DNA of 64,000 nt from Marsupella aquatica. Lineage: Eukaryota > Plantae > Marchantiophyta. The notes under the pieces are model-generated. The model searched no databases, was not told the origin of the DNA, and saw only the letters and a list, made by a program, of their open reading frames with translations. Location: positions 18,445,836 through 18,509,835 of the forward strand of contig OZ316893.1 in assembly GCA_973895155.1 (NCBI GenBank), written 5' to 3'. The position numbers and the translations under genes were made by a program. Below are positions 36,523-49,394 of the stretch, in pieces. Within the stretch, counting starts at the first letter, position 1; each line of letters starts with the position of its first letter.

Positions 36523-37902
36523 AATGAAACCTCGAAGCATCCACAAAGTTTGCCACCCGACATTATCATTGTCTAAAACAAAACTTTATTTGTTCGATAG
36601 CGGAACACCGCAGTACAATGAAGGGATATACAGGCACAAAGAGAAACACGACGCAGGGTAAAAGGCCCATGCTTGCTGCTCATGAAAATGCAAAAATATA
36701 TGGCACGCAGTCATTGAGTTATAAAAAACTGACGAAAATCACGGTATGTATTGATCATTCACGAGCACGGTGTGTATTCAGTATCATAAACCTGGTGCAA
36801 ACTAAACAAAAATCCCCAGAAGTCTCCTCGTTAGCAACCTTTGGCACACTGGGTCCCTACAAAACTGACAAAAATCCCTACGCCTTCGAAGTCCACCCTT
36901 GCGCTAAACTTGAATAAGCGGCCGTGTAGCGGTCAGTCGTCTAGATCAGCCTCCTGCAATGCCTTTATAAGATCGCTGAGGACTTTTTTTGCACTAGAAG
37001 ACTTTGATGGAGTAGTTGACGAAGACTTAGCTGGAGTAGTCAACTCAGTCTCCTTACCATTGGTGGAAGTCCTGGCGATGGGCCTCCTCGCACTGGAGGA
37101 CCCAGCATGTAGGGAACGTGGCACTGTCAAACCCTCATCCATAATTGTCAGGTGCTCAATATGCAACTCCATATCTCTTATTGGTAATGGTAATGGTAAT
37201 GTATTATAAGCTCCGGGACCATGAAAGTCAAAGGAGCTGCCACAAAAAGTAAAGTACAATGCAATCAAAGAAAAAAGCAACCAAAAGAGATTGCTCAGAA
37301 GAGGACAACTATGTCCTCAAAGAAACTATGGACCTAGAGAGCCCTGAAAGATTTTCCAAACCTATTCTCCTTTCCCTATCCACCGCAAAGATATATCTTC
37401 CAAGTTGCTGAGGGGGCAGACCAAACAATGCATACAAATCTTTCACCAAGATTTGAGATGCCATCCTAACCCCCTCATAAAACTTGCAAGCAATGAATAC
37501 ATGATATTCATTCTCTATACTAGAGCTATCACATAGTTGACAAACCCTCTTTTTCCTGTCAATATCCTTCCATCTCCCTTGTTCTACTTCAAGGTGGTGT
37601 GAGCTTAGTCTATACTGAGCAATAAGTTGTCTAAGTTGTACTGAGATAGTGCTAGATAAGTATTCTTGTTCTCGATATTTCTTCATGGGGTTCACATCTC
37701 TCATGTAGTATTGCTGCCGTGGGCTAGGTTCATGCCAAAGTTTGTGCAAAGCCTTTTGCTCAAGTTTTGCTCTTAGCTTGGTTGGGTGTGTTGGCCATTC
37801 ATGTTCAGGAAAATCCCAAGCATGGGCCCACCTGCACACATCTGCATACCACCCTTTAGATGAAGATGAGCGCAAGGCAGTGTTGGGTATTTACTCTTAC
37901 GT

Positions 37903-38042
37903 CTAGGTTAGGTATGATGTGGTTGGTACAACAACGTGGGTTGGTACAACTACGTGGTTAGGTACAACTACGTGATTAGGTACAACTATGTGGTTAGGTA
38001 CAACTACGTGATTAGGTACAACTATGTGGTTAGGTACAACTA
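37903..38042 (+). repeat. 18-bp tandem repeat (~7 units, GGTTAGGTACAACTA(C/T)GT) in the LTR U3; repeated at 41141-41280
   Basis: Read directly in both LTRs. Confidence 0.9.
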
Positions 38043-38315
38043 AGTTGCACACTATATCATAAGAGGCATGTGTGCTTGGAGAGGTAGAACCAAGGCTCAT
38101 TGTTATGGAGCCACTTGAGAGATAGGGAGAGCTTACACTGTGGAGACTCGGTATAGCCGATGGGCTTAGAGTTCAGTAAAGCTCTCTTGTGTGTTCCCGT
38201 GGACGTAGCCTCAAGGAGGTGAACCACGTATCTCTTGTGTCGACTATTGTGCGGTGGATGGTTCATGGGCTTGCCGTTGCGATCATCGTCTATGCTCAAC
38301 AATTGGTATCAGAGC

Positions 38316-40928
38316 GGTGTGAAACCCTATAGGCTATGGGATCCTATTGCAAGATCAAGATTTGTGTGGATTTATTTCATGACGCATAAGTCTGATGTCT
38401 TGTCCATTTTTAAGAAGTGGAAGGCCCAGGTGGAGAATCAGACTGGAAACACGATCAAGTGTTTGGATACAAGGGTGAAGAGTCTGAGGTCAGACAACGG
38501 CGGGGAGTACACTTCAATGGAATTTGAAGAGTACTGTTCAGAACAGGGGATAACTCGCCATCTCACCATAGTTTATACTCCGCAGCAGAATGGTGTCGCT
38601 GAGAGGCTCAATCGGACACTGTTGGAGCGGTCACGGAGTATGTTGAGCCAATCAGGTTTACCACAAGAATTTTGGGCAGAAGCTGTCAATACCGCAGCTT
38701 ATTTGGTAAATCTTTCTCCTTCTGGTGCTATCAATTTCAAAACGCCGTTTGAGATGCGCTATAAGCGGCAAGCAGACTATCATGGCTTGGTAGTTTTTGG
38801 AAGTGATGCATATGCTCTCACACCGAAGCAGAATAGGACCAAGTTGGATCCTACCTCCAGGAAATGTGTTTTTCTTGGGTACCAGAGTGGTGTGAAACCC
38901 TATAGGCTATGGGATCCTATTGCCTGTAAGCTCGTTGTCAGTAGGGACGTTTCCTTCAATGAATCCAGATTATTGAAGGAGGGGGAGAATACTCAGGTCT
39001 CCCGTACTGACAAAGGAAAATCTCCTATCCCGGATCTCGTTGAGGGGGAGATTGGTTATGAGGTGCATGACCGGAGAGAAGGAGTTGCTCCAATTATGGA
39101 GCTGGTTCCTGTGCCAGAGGAACCAGAGGAGTTTGTTGATGCTGGTGAGCAGCAAGTGGATGCTGTTGAGCTTCAAATTGTACCAGCACACGTAGATCAA
39201 CCGGAGTCATCGGCTAGAAGAACATCTGGTCGCACTGTACGCGCTCCACCAAGGTATGGACAGTGGGTTGATTCATCTCAACTGCAAGAGGATGATTTTA
39301 CAGCTGATGATGAGGGTGATGCGTTAATTTTGGAAGAAGGGGAACCTTCTTCATTTCATGAGGCAAGTGCTTCAAAGGAGAAGCAGAAGTGGACTGCAGC
39401 AATGCAAACGGAGATGCAGTCACTAAAGGACAACAAAACTTGGGAGCTTGTTAAGCTGCCTAAGGGTCAGCAAGTGGTGGACAGCAAGTGGATTTACAAG
39501 CTGAAGGATAATTCCATAGGAGGTGGATCGAAGGTCTACAAGGCTAGATTGGTAGCAAAGGGATTCACACAAGAGAAAGGTGTGGATTACAATGAGGTCT
39601 TCTCACCAGTTGCTAAATACTCTACAATACGACTATTGTGTGTACTTGTTGTAATTTTTGGTCTGCTGCTAGATCAGATGGATGTTGTCACAGCTTTCCT
39701 CTATGGCACATTGGAAGAGGTGATCTTCATGAGACAACCGCTAGGTTTTGTGAAGAGAGGACAGGAGGAATTGGTTTGCAGATTGCTGAAATCCTTGTAT
39801 GGGTTGAAGCAGTCACCAAGACAGTGGAACAAGCGGTTTGACGATTGGATTCGGTCACAAGGTTTTCACAGAAGTGTATTTGACCCTTGTGTGTATTTGA
39901 AACCGGTAAAGAATATTGTCTTTGGGTTCATTGTTTTAGTACTTTATGTGGATGATATGCTAATTGTAGCGAAGGATAGGTCTAAGATTGTTAAGCTCAA
40001 GGCACTGCTTAGTGCAGAGTTTAAGATGTAGGACTTAGGGCCAGCTAAGAGGATTTTGGGTATGGAGATCACTAGGGACTTGGAGGCTGGCAAGCTATGG
40101 TTGACGCAGAGCAGTTATGCGAGGAAGGTAATTGCAAGGTTCAACATGGGGAATAGCAAGCCAGTAAGTACCCCATTGGCTCCACACTTCAAGTTATCAT
40201 TAGCGTTCTGTCCTACGGATGACACAGAGAAGGGGTTGATGTCAAAGGTTCTGTATGACAAGGCAGTGGGGAGTCTCATGTATTTGATGACTTGCACTAG
40301 ACCTGATCTTGCCATGGCTATGGGCAAGGTGAGCAGGTACATGTCGAATCCAGGGAAGGTACACTGGGAAGCAGTGAAGTGGATTATCAGGTACTTGAAG
40401 GGTACCGTGGATCATGGTCTTTTATTTGATGCGAATGCAAAGAATGCTAAATCATTGATTGGCTATGTTGATTCTGACTATGGACAAGATTTGGACCGAA
40501 GGAGATCAACAACAGGATACGTGTTCATACTTGGCGGTGGATGCATAAATTGGAGGTCTACTTTGCAGAAGTGTATTGCTCAGTCTACTACAAAAGCGGA
40601 GTATGTTGCAGCTGCGGAAGCAGCAAAGGAAGCGATTTGGTTGGATAGACTTATCACTGAAATGGGATTGCCATAGGGGAATGTGAAGCTCCATTGTGAT
40701 AGTCAAAGTGCGCTCCACCTTGCTGTGAACCAGGTGATGGACAGCAGAGTGAAGCACATTGACGTTAGGTACCATTTTATCAGGCAGGCTGTGTCTGATA
40801 ATTTGTTTGAGCTAGTCAAGATTGATGGTAAACTCAACCCAGCTGACGCATTTACCAAAGTGATTCCTTTGGAGAGTTTCTCTAGACACCGTGACGTATT
40901 GCAGGTTTTGCAATTGCATCACAAGTAG
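38316..40928 (+). pseudogene. Copia pol remnant: partial integrase, RT, RNase H
   Basis: LRSDNGGEY, PQQNGVAER (INT); YKARLVAKG, QMDVVTAFL, SLYGLKQS, LYVDDML (RT); DSD, KHIDVRYHF, NPAD (RH); in-frame TAG at 40029 and 40674. Confidence 0.95.
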
Positions 40929-42599
40929 AGTTTTCTTAACATTCATTGTAATTACTGATATATGCTCTTCCTCATTCCTATGTATTAGGCTACGGCTTAG
41001 TTCTGGTTTGCTCTAGTTAGAGAGGGAAACCGGTTTGGTTTTTGTCCAGAACTTCCCGCTGAGGGATCATATACATTGGCAGTATTACTCTCCCCTAGAC
41101 CAGAGTCAAGGGGAAGATTGTTGGGTATTTACTCTTACGTCTAGGTTAGGTATGACGTGGTTGGTACAACAACGTGGGTTGGTACAACTATGTGGTTAGA
41201 TACAACTACGTGATTAGGTACAACTATGTGGTTAGGTACAACTACGTGATTAGGTACAACTATGTGGTTAGGTACAACTAAGTTGCACACTATATCATAA
41301 GAGGCATGTGTGCTTGGAGAGGTAGAACCAAGGCTCATTGTTATGGAGCCACTTGAGAGATAGGGAGAGCTTACACTGTGGAGACTCGGTATAGCCGATG
41401 GGCTTAGAGTTCAGTAAAGCTCTCTTGTGTGTTCCCGTGGACGTAGCCTCAAGGAGGTGAACCACGTATCTCTTGTGTCGACTATTGTGCGGTGGATGGT
41501 TCATGGGCTTGCCGTTGCGATCATCGTCTATGCTCAACAGGCAGGAAAAGGAAATCTGTTTTCCTCCAACTCTCTTACACGCATGATGTATTTGAGTGTG
41601 TGGAAGAGTGCCTCCACCTCCAAAGGAAACAAGCCTGCCTCTGCAAGTGTAAGTGTATATGGGGTTTGTGACTTGATCCCAAGCTCCATCTCAAGAAATA
41701 GCTTTTGCAGCCCCTCAATCTGTTGCCACCCAGATTTAGACACACCTACTCCCCAAATTGGTGCTCCATAAAGAATGACTGGTTTCACCAAAGCTCCAAA
41801 GAGATGTTTCCTTAACCTCCAAGTGTGTAGACCAGCTCTTTTGCATTTGTTCATGAATGCATAAAAAACTCTGTACCCATTGGCAGCCCTAGATTTTACA
41901 CATGAGGCCCAACTCAAGTTTTGAGAGAACTCCACCCCAAGGTATTTGTAGGTCCTCACAAATTCCACCAGATTCCCTTGGAAGTAGAGCTCTGGATTTT
42001 GTCGTGTGCCAATGCCCAAACACTTGGTCTTCTTGAGGTTGACTACCATCCCTGTTGCTTGACAAAACTCCTCCAAGGCATTGAGATGTCTTTGCAAAGC
42101 TTCTTGAGCATGAGCAAGTAGGACCACATCATCTGCAAATATAAGAAGTTGGAGGACAAACCTACCCAATTGAGTGCCAACTCCACCATGCTCCTCCAAA
42201 ATGTTGTGTAGCTGATCAATGAAGATGCCAAATAGAGTTGGTGAGAGAGGACAACCCCACATCACCCCAAGAGTGCTCCAGATTTCTTCTGTGACATCAA
42301 GCTAAGAGGAACATCCGCATTAGGTTCCTCTGTGACATCAAGCTAAGTCTTCCAGCATTGTCCTTGGAGAGGACTTGCACTCATATGACCGTGTGGTGAA
42401 TTTACTTGACCCGAATTGCAGCTGCTCTTAGCCATTCTCCAATCCAACATTTCTTCTCTGTAGATAGATGTTGCAACTCGATATGTCCTGGAAATTATCT
42501 CCATTGCTCCCATGTCTGTCCTATACAGCAAGTTAAAATTGCAAAATGCAACACATGTAGCGAGAGCTCAATCGCGTGATCAAGCTGCCGGTGTATTGC

Positions 42600-42927
42600 C
42601 TCGGGGGGGGTCACTATATGGAGGGCCATATATCGCGTGCGACGTTTTAGGGTTTGACCCCCCTAACTTATAAGTGAAAAATGTTTTTTTGCAAAGTCCT
42701 TTCTTTCTTTAAAATTTGTCATTTTTTATTAAAAAACCCCTAAAAACTTTAAAGAAAGTATTTTTTGTAATTAAATAGGCCTATGTGTTCTTTAAAGTTA
42801 ACCAGTCAATAAACATGCCCTATGTGTTCTTCCACCAAACTCTGGAAGTCTTCCGCCACACCCATTTAAATGGGCCTATACTTCGTCGCACGTGATGTGC
42901 CACTTCCGTGGAAGTGACCCCCCCGAG
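42600..42927. mobile_element. MITE, 328 bp, 8-bp TSD
   Basis: Ends CTCG(G)nTCACT / AGTGA(C)nCGAG; TGTATTGC at 42592-42599 and 42928-42935. Confidence 0.9.
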
Positions 42928-44093
42928 TGTATTGCAAAGATAGACAGACCATATATTTCAGTCTGATGTAGGAACCTCTTCCTTTTCCATACATGTTGTT
43001 CCCACAATTTCCGATTGATCCCAAGTTAAGTTCATTTGAGCCTAAGCTACCGGCGGCTCTAGCTCACGGTATATGGTTGTGAATTTTTTTGGTTTGTATC
43101 GAATGTTGATTTGCTAAACCTAATCGATCAAGCTTTAGCTTTCTGGCTTCACCTGCACTGTCTTTCTTCCATTTCTACTCTTGGATTAGATACATGCTAG
43201 GCATGGAGTACAAGAAGGAAATCGAGAAGTCATGTATAAGCATCTTGCGCTTGGTGTCTGTGTGCCTGCTAACACTAAACACGTCCAGCTAGACATTCAA
43301 GGTCAGGATAATGATTGTGATAATGATAATGATAATGATTCATCTCCCCATCAAGGTAAAGACCTGCTCAATTCTTGAATGACATCTCCTGCTGCCTGCA
43401 ATTATGTGCATTTGCCTTGTTTCTACGAACATGTCAAACTTTAAAGGACACCTCTGTTTAGGACCATCTTTTTATGCCCATCACAATCTACATCTGTAGA
43501 TGGAAGTATGCCTGCACCTAGTCATAGAGCTCAAGACAGTTACCTGTCTGCTATGTACTTCTGAACATTCATTGTAGAACGATCATTGGGAAACATAGTA
43601 CTCAGGAAATAAGTACAAATGCAGTGCACCTCATGAAATCTTCTGGATTTTATACTGGTACCAGATCTGATAGTGGATTGTGATGCTGACAAAGGAAGCC
43701 TAGATCACTCATAAGATGACAAGGAAAGCACTTTGGGTGGATGATGGTCAACTCCAGCATGGTTTAAGGCAAGGGAGAAGTTGATTACTCACTGTAGACT
43801 TCAAAACTCATGTTTGTAAGTTTTTGCCGACGGATATTTAGAAAACGTAGTGACAAGCTCCTAATTGCATCAAGGAGTTTAACGACATATACCCTGTCCT
43901 CAGTGAAACTACCGGAGACAAAATACAGATCATTCACAATTCCGATCCTCAAGAGGAAGCAAAGACCTCCAGAGTTACAGACGAACAAAAACTAGCACAC
44001 CAATCCAATAATCGTCCATATCACAAAAATCATCTCCGATCCTCCGATTCTAGAATTCACACCACTGAAGTCAGTGTAGAAGGGAGTAGGCAC

Positions 44094-44340
44094 ATGCATG
44101 ATGATGATGCCACAAACGAATTGCTGAAAGATCATCTACAACGAGGCATTGCTATAGAAGTACACATATGTAAAGTTCAGCAAGTGGGCTTGCAACAAAA
44201 AGACCTTTCCGCAGCCAAGCAAGTTCATGATTTCATCATCGAGAGTGGAATTGATAAGAATCCATATGTGACAATCATGCTCATGAATGTATATATCAAA
44301 TGCAGACAAGTGTTGGATGCACTAAGGATTTTTTATTCAT
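44094..44340 (+). pseudogene. PLS-class pentatricopeptide repeat gene fragment
   Basis: LQQKDLSAAKQVHDFIIESGIDKNPYVTIMLMNVYIKCRQVLDALRIF matches L/S PPR motifs at the start of moss editing factors; similarity is lost afterwards. Confidence 0.7.
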
Positions 44341-45093
44341 CCGTTCAGCAACATCAACGCACAGCGCGAGCTGCAATATGGGGTGGACGGGTACCAAAGG
44401 AGGCAGTAGGCAGAAGATAGGGCAGTAACCACAGAATTGGCCGTAAATTTTCCAAGATTTTTCACCCTCGGTCAAAACAGCCAAGAAGTTTGATCTTGGA
44501 TTATGAAGCAAAAGAAGTTTGATCTTGGATTATGAAGCAAATTGGGCGCAAAAATCTAGTGGGAAGGCTTCCTAACTAGTTAACTTTTGCTAACTTAAAT
44601 TGCATTATATATCGGTGGTTAACTTCAGGTTAGTCCACCCGTAACTTTTGGTGGGACTGCACCCTTAGTAGACTCGAAAATAACTTCAGTCTTCACCTCA
44701 AGGTATTCTTTGCACGGATAAGGGTCCAGACCAATGTATTTACATTTAAATGACAACCCTCCCGAATCTCCCTAAAGATACGAAAAGAATTTGGCAAATT
44801 AGTATTCCATGTCACTTAGACTTTCGAATATAAGACAGCTACCAACCGAACATACCTATGCTGTAGTACTTTGATTACTCGTTGGTTAGCTATAAGATTG
44901 TCGACGACGTAATTTCTGCTCAGAAACTTTCAGTGTTTCAGGTGATATCGAACGCAAACTAAGGTAAGAATGAACAGGACAATGGCGCCCTGAAGGTGCT
45001 CTAATTTGTAACTCGACACCTTCTTGAGTCTTTGTACTCAAGATCGACAGTTGAAATCTATCAAGGTAAGCATGTGTTCCCACACTTGACGAA

Positions 45094-46929
45094 TCACTTG
45101 GCCCAGGCAACGGCATCGATCTCATCACGGGCAGTTTTGTACAGCTCCAACCTCTTTGCAATTGCGTGTCTGCGCTCCATTAGAGCTGGATCCTCATCAA
45201 GTAAGGCGGACAGCTGCTTGCCTTCTCGTTTCCCAACAAGAGTGTAGAAATGATCCAGCAATGCCCGCTTAGCCTCACGAACTTGACAATGAACTACAGC
45301 TTTAGGAATAGAATTCCGTAACAGGTCGCGAACCATTCCGACGTAGGATGCTACATTCGATCCGATTCTTCGCAGATGGCCCTCCGTATACCGATCCATG
45401 GAAGATGCGCCAGCTGCATTCCCTCCTCCTTTCTCCACTTCTTGGGGAAGCTTCCTGAAAAACTCTACAGTTAGATAACTGGCCTCCATCTCCACCAATC
45501 TCAAAGCAGTCTTTTTGCTGTCATCTCTAAATTTTTCCAAAGACTCGATTGCTGCAGAGGAAAGCTCTCCCTGCAGAGTGGGAAATCTCTTCAGCTCCTG
45601 CGTTTCGCCGATTGATTTCCGAACAAGATCTCTCAAAATGAAGTGCACAGCATCAACTACAGCCTCAGCTGGGCCTCTAAAGTAGGTCAGCGAGCTCTCA
45701 ATAAGTCGACGATATCCCTGCTCGGGAGCGATCAAATGAGGCTGGTATCCATCGGCCTCCGAAACGACCTTCCTAACATTTTGCATCGAGAGATGTTTAT
45801 CAAATGGCAATCTCTTGAGAGCCGCCGGGAGTTGGTTGTCGAATACGCCGTAAATCCTCTCACCACCGGGTCGTCCGCCATCAAGATGATCTTTGAAGAC
45901 GTGATCGAATGCCCTGCAAAGCTCCAACACCGTGTACAATTGAGCCCCACCATCCACTGCGATAGGGCGGCCAAGAACACTCATCTCGTTCTCAAGATCA
46001 TCAATGCTTTTGTTTATCAGAGCCAGTATACTGGGTATGCGCTGCTTGATCACGGCTTCCAGGTGTCTGGAAAGAAGTTTGCCAAGATACTCGGATCCCA
46101 TTCGACTGGTCAGGTGACCGTAATCAGGACTCGTGGAGAAATACTCGCGCTCTCGTCTCCTGGCTGCCATCATGTCTACATTCTTGTTGATATCCTGTTG
46201 CGAGCGGTTTACGACACCAACCCAGCCCAACTGTAAGCGGTAGGCGCGTCCTTCGAGCACATCAATGGCATTGGTTCCCTTGTCCATTAGATCCAGCTTT
46301 GTTAGTACTCCGAAGGTTCGCTCACCCTGCGGATCCACCTCCCGAGCTAACTTTATCGCATCCGATGTGGCAATATCTTGGTTCGCCGGAGACACAGCCA
46401 AAATGATGGAGTTCGGCTTTTCGACGTAAGACCGCACCATGTTGTCAATGTCTGCGACAATGCTATCCGATTGCCCGTCAACCGCCACCTTCGTCAAACC
46501 CGGAAGATCAATGAGCGTCAAATTCACCACATTCGGAGAGTAGACACTGAGATGAATCGGTACCGTCGAGATCATTTTCGTTCGCCCGGTGATTCGATCA
46601 GTCTCGTCTGAGATCTCCTTCCTTACTGCGGCGAAATCTGGAAACCTCTTCCTGGGAGCGTGCAGAAACTCTCCATACTCCTGAGTGCCCTCCTCCGTCT
46701 TGTGCAGCTGCAGCACCAGCGGGCGACGTGTAACAATGCCCGATCCCCGAGGCAGAAAGTCTCTCCCGACAATGCTCTCTAGAACTGACGACTTCCCCGA
46801 ACTCTGCCCTCCCACCACAACCACCGATGGCAGTGCTTCCCAAAGCCCCATCGCATTGTCGCCTCCATGATCTCCAAGAACTGTGCAGGCCCTCTGTATT
46901 CTATTAACCAGGCCTATCAGACTGTCCAT
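45094..46929 (-). CDS. DRP1: Dynamin-related protein 1 (phragmoplastin class), 611 aa, single coding exon
   Basis: [16 protein letters not shown] start; [21 protein letters not shown] GTPase motifs; middle domain and GED; no PH/PRD; ends IDAVAWAK. Confidence 0.97.
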   Translation of the reverse strand: MDSLIGLVNRIQRACTVLGDHGGDNAMGLWEALPSVVVVGGQSSGKSSVLESIVGRDFLPRGSGIVTRRPLVLQLHKTEEGTQEYGEFLHAPRKRFPDFAAVRKEISDETDRITGRTKMISTVPIHLSVYSPNVVNLTLIDLPGLTKVAVDGQSDSIVADIDNMVRSYVEKPNSIILAVSPANQDIATSDAIKLAREVDPQGERTFGVLTKLDLMDKGTNAIDVLEGRAYRLQLGWVGVVNRSQQDINKNVDMMAARRREREYFSTSPDYGHLTSRMGSEYLGKLLSRHLEAVIKQRIPSILALINKSIDDLENEMSVLGRPIAVDGGAQLYTVLELCRAFDHVFKDHLDGGRPGGERIYGVFDNQLPAALKRLPFDKHLSMQNVRKVVSEADGYQPHLIAPEQGYRRLIESSLTYFRGPAEAVVDAVHFILRDLVRKSIGETQELKRFPTLQGELSSAAIESLEKFRDDSKKTALRLVEMEASYLTVEFFRKLPQEVEKGGGNAAGASSMDRYTEGHLRRIGSNVASYVGMVRDLLRNSIPKAVVHCQVREAKRALLDHFYTLVGKREGKQLSALLDEDPALMERRHAIAKRLELYKTARDEIDAVAWAK

Positions 46930-47022
46930 CTCGCCAACTAATCAAAACGACACGGCCTACGACTTTGTAAAGTTTCAGATCTGTTTTCCTTATGAATACA
47001 CACCTTCTATAGACGTCACACC

Positions 47023-47181
47023 TGCCTTTCTCTTCAAAATGTGGGAAATCACCACCTCTCCTCAAAGTCGATCAATGCCTTTCTCTTCAAAATGTGGGAA
47101 ATCACCACCTCTCCTCAAAGTCGATCAATGCCTTTCTCTTCAAAATGTGGAAATCACCACCTCTGCTCAAAGTCGATCAAT
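47023..47181. repeat. 53-bp tandem repeat x3 just upstream of DRP1
   Basis: TGCCTTTCTCTTCAAAATGTGG at 47023, 47076, 47129. Confidence 0.9.
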
Positions 47182-47739
47182 CACGCAGCCCTCTCACCTT
47201 TACTTCCCCGTCGGTCGAACGCGAAGAATGGCACTAACAAGGCGTTTCTAGAGAGGAAAAGCTGCCGGTTTCTACTTCTTTATGCACTCGGCAAATTCTG
47301 CCTGTTGATGCAGACAGCAGTACACACAAAGCTCCAGTTGGCTACAGTTGGAGTAATCTATCGGATCCGTTGATTGATCGTCCAAACTAAGTAGGTGGCC
47401 AAGCTCGGGCAGCTGCGATCCAATCAGGCGATTCTGCTCTATTATTATTACGCGAGAGGGCTTGCACACAAAATAAGTGTATGCGTAGCTGTGCTGGAAT
47501 GCGGAGGAGTGGGGTCGGGGGGACAGGATGCTGCCCTGCGGAGAGAGTGCAACAAACGCGAGGGAGCCGGAGGCGGCCGGCACAAAGTCGTGGGCCAGGA
47601 AAATCTGGGGCCAAGGATTTCGGGGCCACGACCAGTGCAACTGGTCAGCCGTTCATCTTTCGATCTTGCTGTACGAGCGCAAAAGCTAGCATTTGAATTG
47701 GCCAAGAGCCACAACCGAACAGGAGTGGGAGGACCAGGC

Positions 47740-47827
47740 GATCTTAAGTATAGGGCTTGGTCTTGGGTTACTAGTAGTGGGACTACCAGGAGATCTTAAG
47801 TATAGGGTTTGGTCTTGGGTTATTAGT
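47740..47827. repeat. 36-bp direct duplication
   Basis: GATCTTAAGTATAGGG(C/T)TTGGTCTTGGGTTA(C/T)TAGT at ~47740 and ~47792. Confidence 0.8.
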
Positions 47828-49394
47828 CTGTAACCCTATGACCAGAAAGTGAGGAAATACTTACCAGCGGCAACAGGGCAGCAACAGGGAAGTTTCTGAA
47901 CTTTGTGAGAACAGGTTTTAGATAATAAATCCAGCCCAAGCCGTCATTATCATACGTAATACTTATCCAGAAAAAAGATTATTGGGAACATTTTCTGGGC
48001 AGAAGGAAATGGTGGCACCTACCGTCTTCCCTTGAACACAACGCCCGGGTGCTATATTCGAATAGTGGGCCAAGGGGCGCTACATTCGAATACTGAGCCC
48101 AAGGCGTTGTGTTTGAGTTTTGAGACTTTGTTTATGATTTTTTATCATGTGGCAATGTGTTCGAATTGTGGCGTTGTGTTCGAATTGTGGCATTGTGTTC
48201 AAATTTTGGCATGTTATGAATTTGAGGTATAAGTTGGAATATAGGATACAACTGATGTGTTAGAGATAGGTGTTAAATTGGGAATATGTAGCTAATTTAA
48301 ACACTGAAATGCAACAAGTCATGGGTAATCTAGAACAAATTAATTTGTAACACAAAATAAGACCTTACAAACCATGCAAAAATTTACCAAGTCAACATTA
48401 TCACTTGGTAAACATATAATTATGTGAAACATATTTAATTATGACATATTTGTAGTTTGCTCCAAAAGGTCACTATTGTGAACAACATAATTTAGAACAT
48501 AAACACAAGTGTTCCATTGCCTCAAAAGAGAAACACTTTTGTCAGGAAGCATCATGAACACACAAAATGAAGTCAGAATGCTTGGACAAGTTCACCTTGT
48601 GTATTTATGAGAGTTACAGAGTTTTACTCTCTGTCGTGACATATAGAGTCGGTAGCATAAGATATTGAGACATGTATCATATGCATCCAAGTAACCCAAC
48701 AAAATAGAAAACCAGAAAGATGATACATGGTTGTCCATTAACACCAAGATGAAGAAATGTTGGGGCATGAAAGTGAACCCCTGTATCGTAATACGTATGT
48801 AGCATGTAGAGTGAGTAGTACATAAGAAAACCAGCAGCATGCCATGATGTGCTGGGAGCATCTAAAGAATCATAGCCAATCCTCAAATGTGTGGAGGTGC
48901 CATGGAGTGTGCTACCATAGCCAAGTGTTTGCAATGCTAAAGCTAAGACTCAAGAAGAACTGAAGTGAATGTGCAATGAGCAATCTAAGTATGTTGGCTC
49001 TAGAGTGCTCCTAACAACGACTATTTGCTTCAAGAACAACCAGGGTTTGCTACAAGAACATTGCCCAAAGTGCTACTAAGAGGATAATGCTTGCTTAGAG
49101 AACACCAAGCATATCTATTATAGCTTGCCTATATGGCCTCTAAATGATGAACCTAAACTACCATAATATCCTAGCGGGCGTGCACAGGGCATGGTGATGG
49201 GCGATGATAACCATGCACTCTCGCACGACATCTCATTGAAAGAACCAGTCCTAACATCAATCTCATAACTCTCATAGTGACACAAGGAACACATGCCCAA
49301 GACGGTTGTCACCCAACAAGGATGATGTGCATACACTACATCAATCCTTCATTCAGCTGAACACAAAAGTAATTCCTTGTTTGTGCTAAATGAA

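Larger units (their letters stand above)
37881..41539 (+). mobile_element. Ty1/Copia LTR retrotransposon, gag/protease-deleted
   Basis: 421-bp TG..CA LTRs (37881-38301, 41119-41539), 5-bp TSD GGCAG, PBS TGGTATCAGAGC (38304-38315, tRNA-iMet), polypurine tract ~41108-41117. Confidence 0.97.
37182..42289 (-). mobile_element. RTEX-like LINE, 5'-truncated (37182-37880 + 41540-42289), split by a Copia insertion
   Basis: The two halves join seamlessly to the ORF2 sequence once the Copia and one GGCAG copy are removed. Confidence 0.95.

Noticed and set aside
37903-38100. VVPNH-repeat ORF (also 41141-41338)
   Set aside because: Antisense translation of the 18-bp LTR repeat.
45643-46870. Overlapping and antisense ORFs within DRP1
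   Set aside because: Shadow frames of a long coding region with no motifs of their own.
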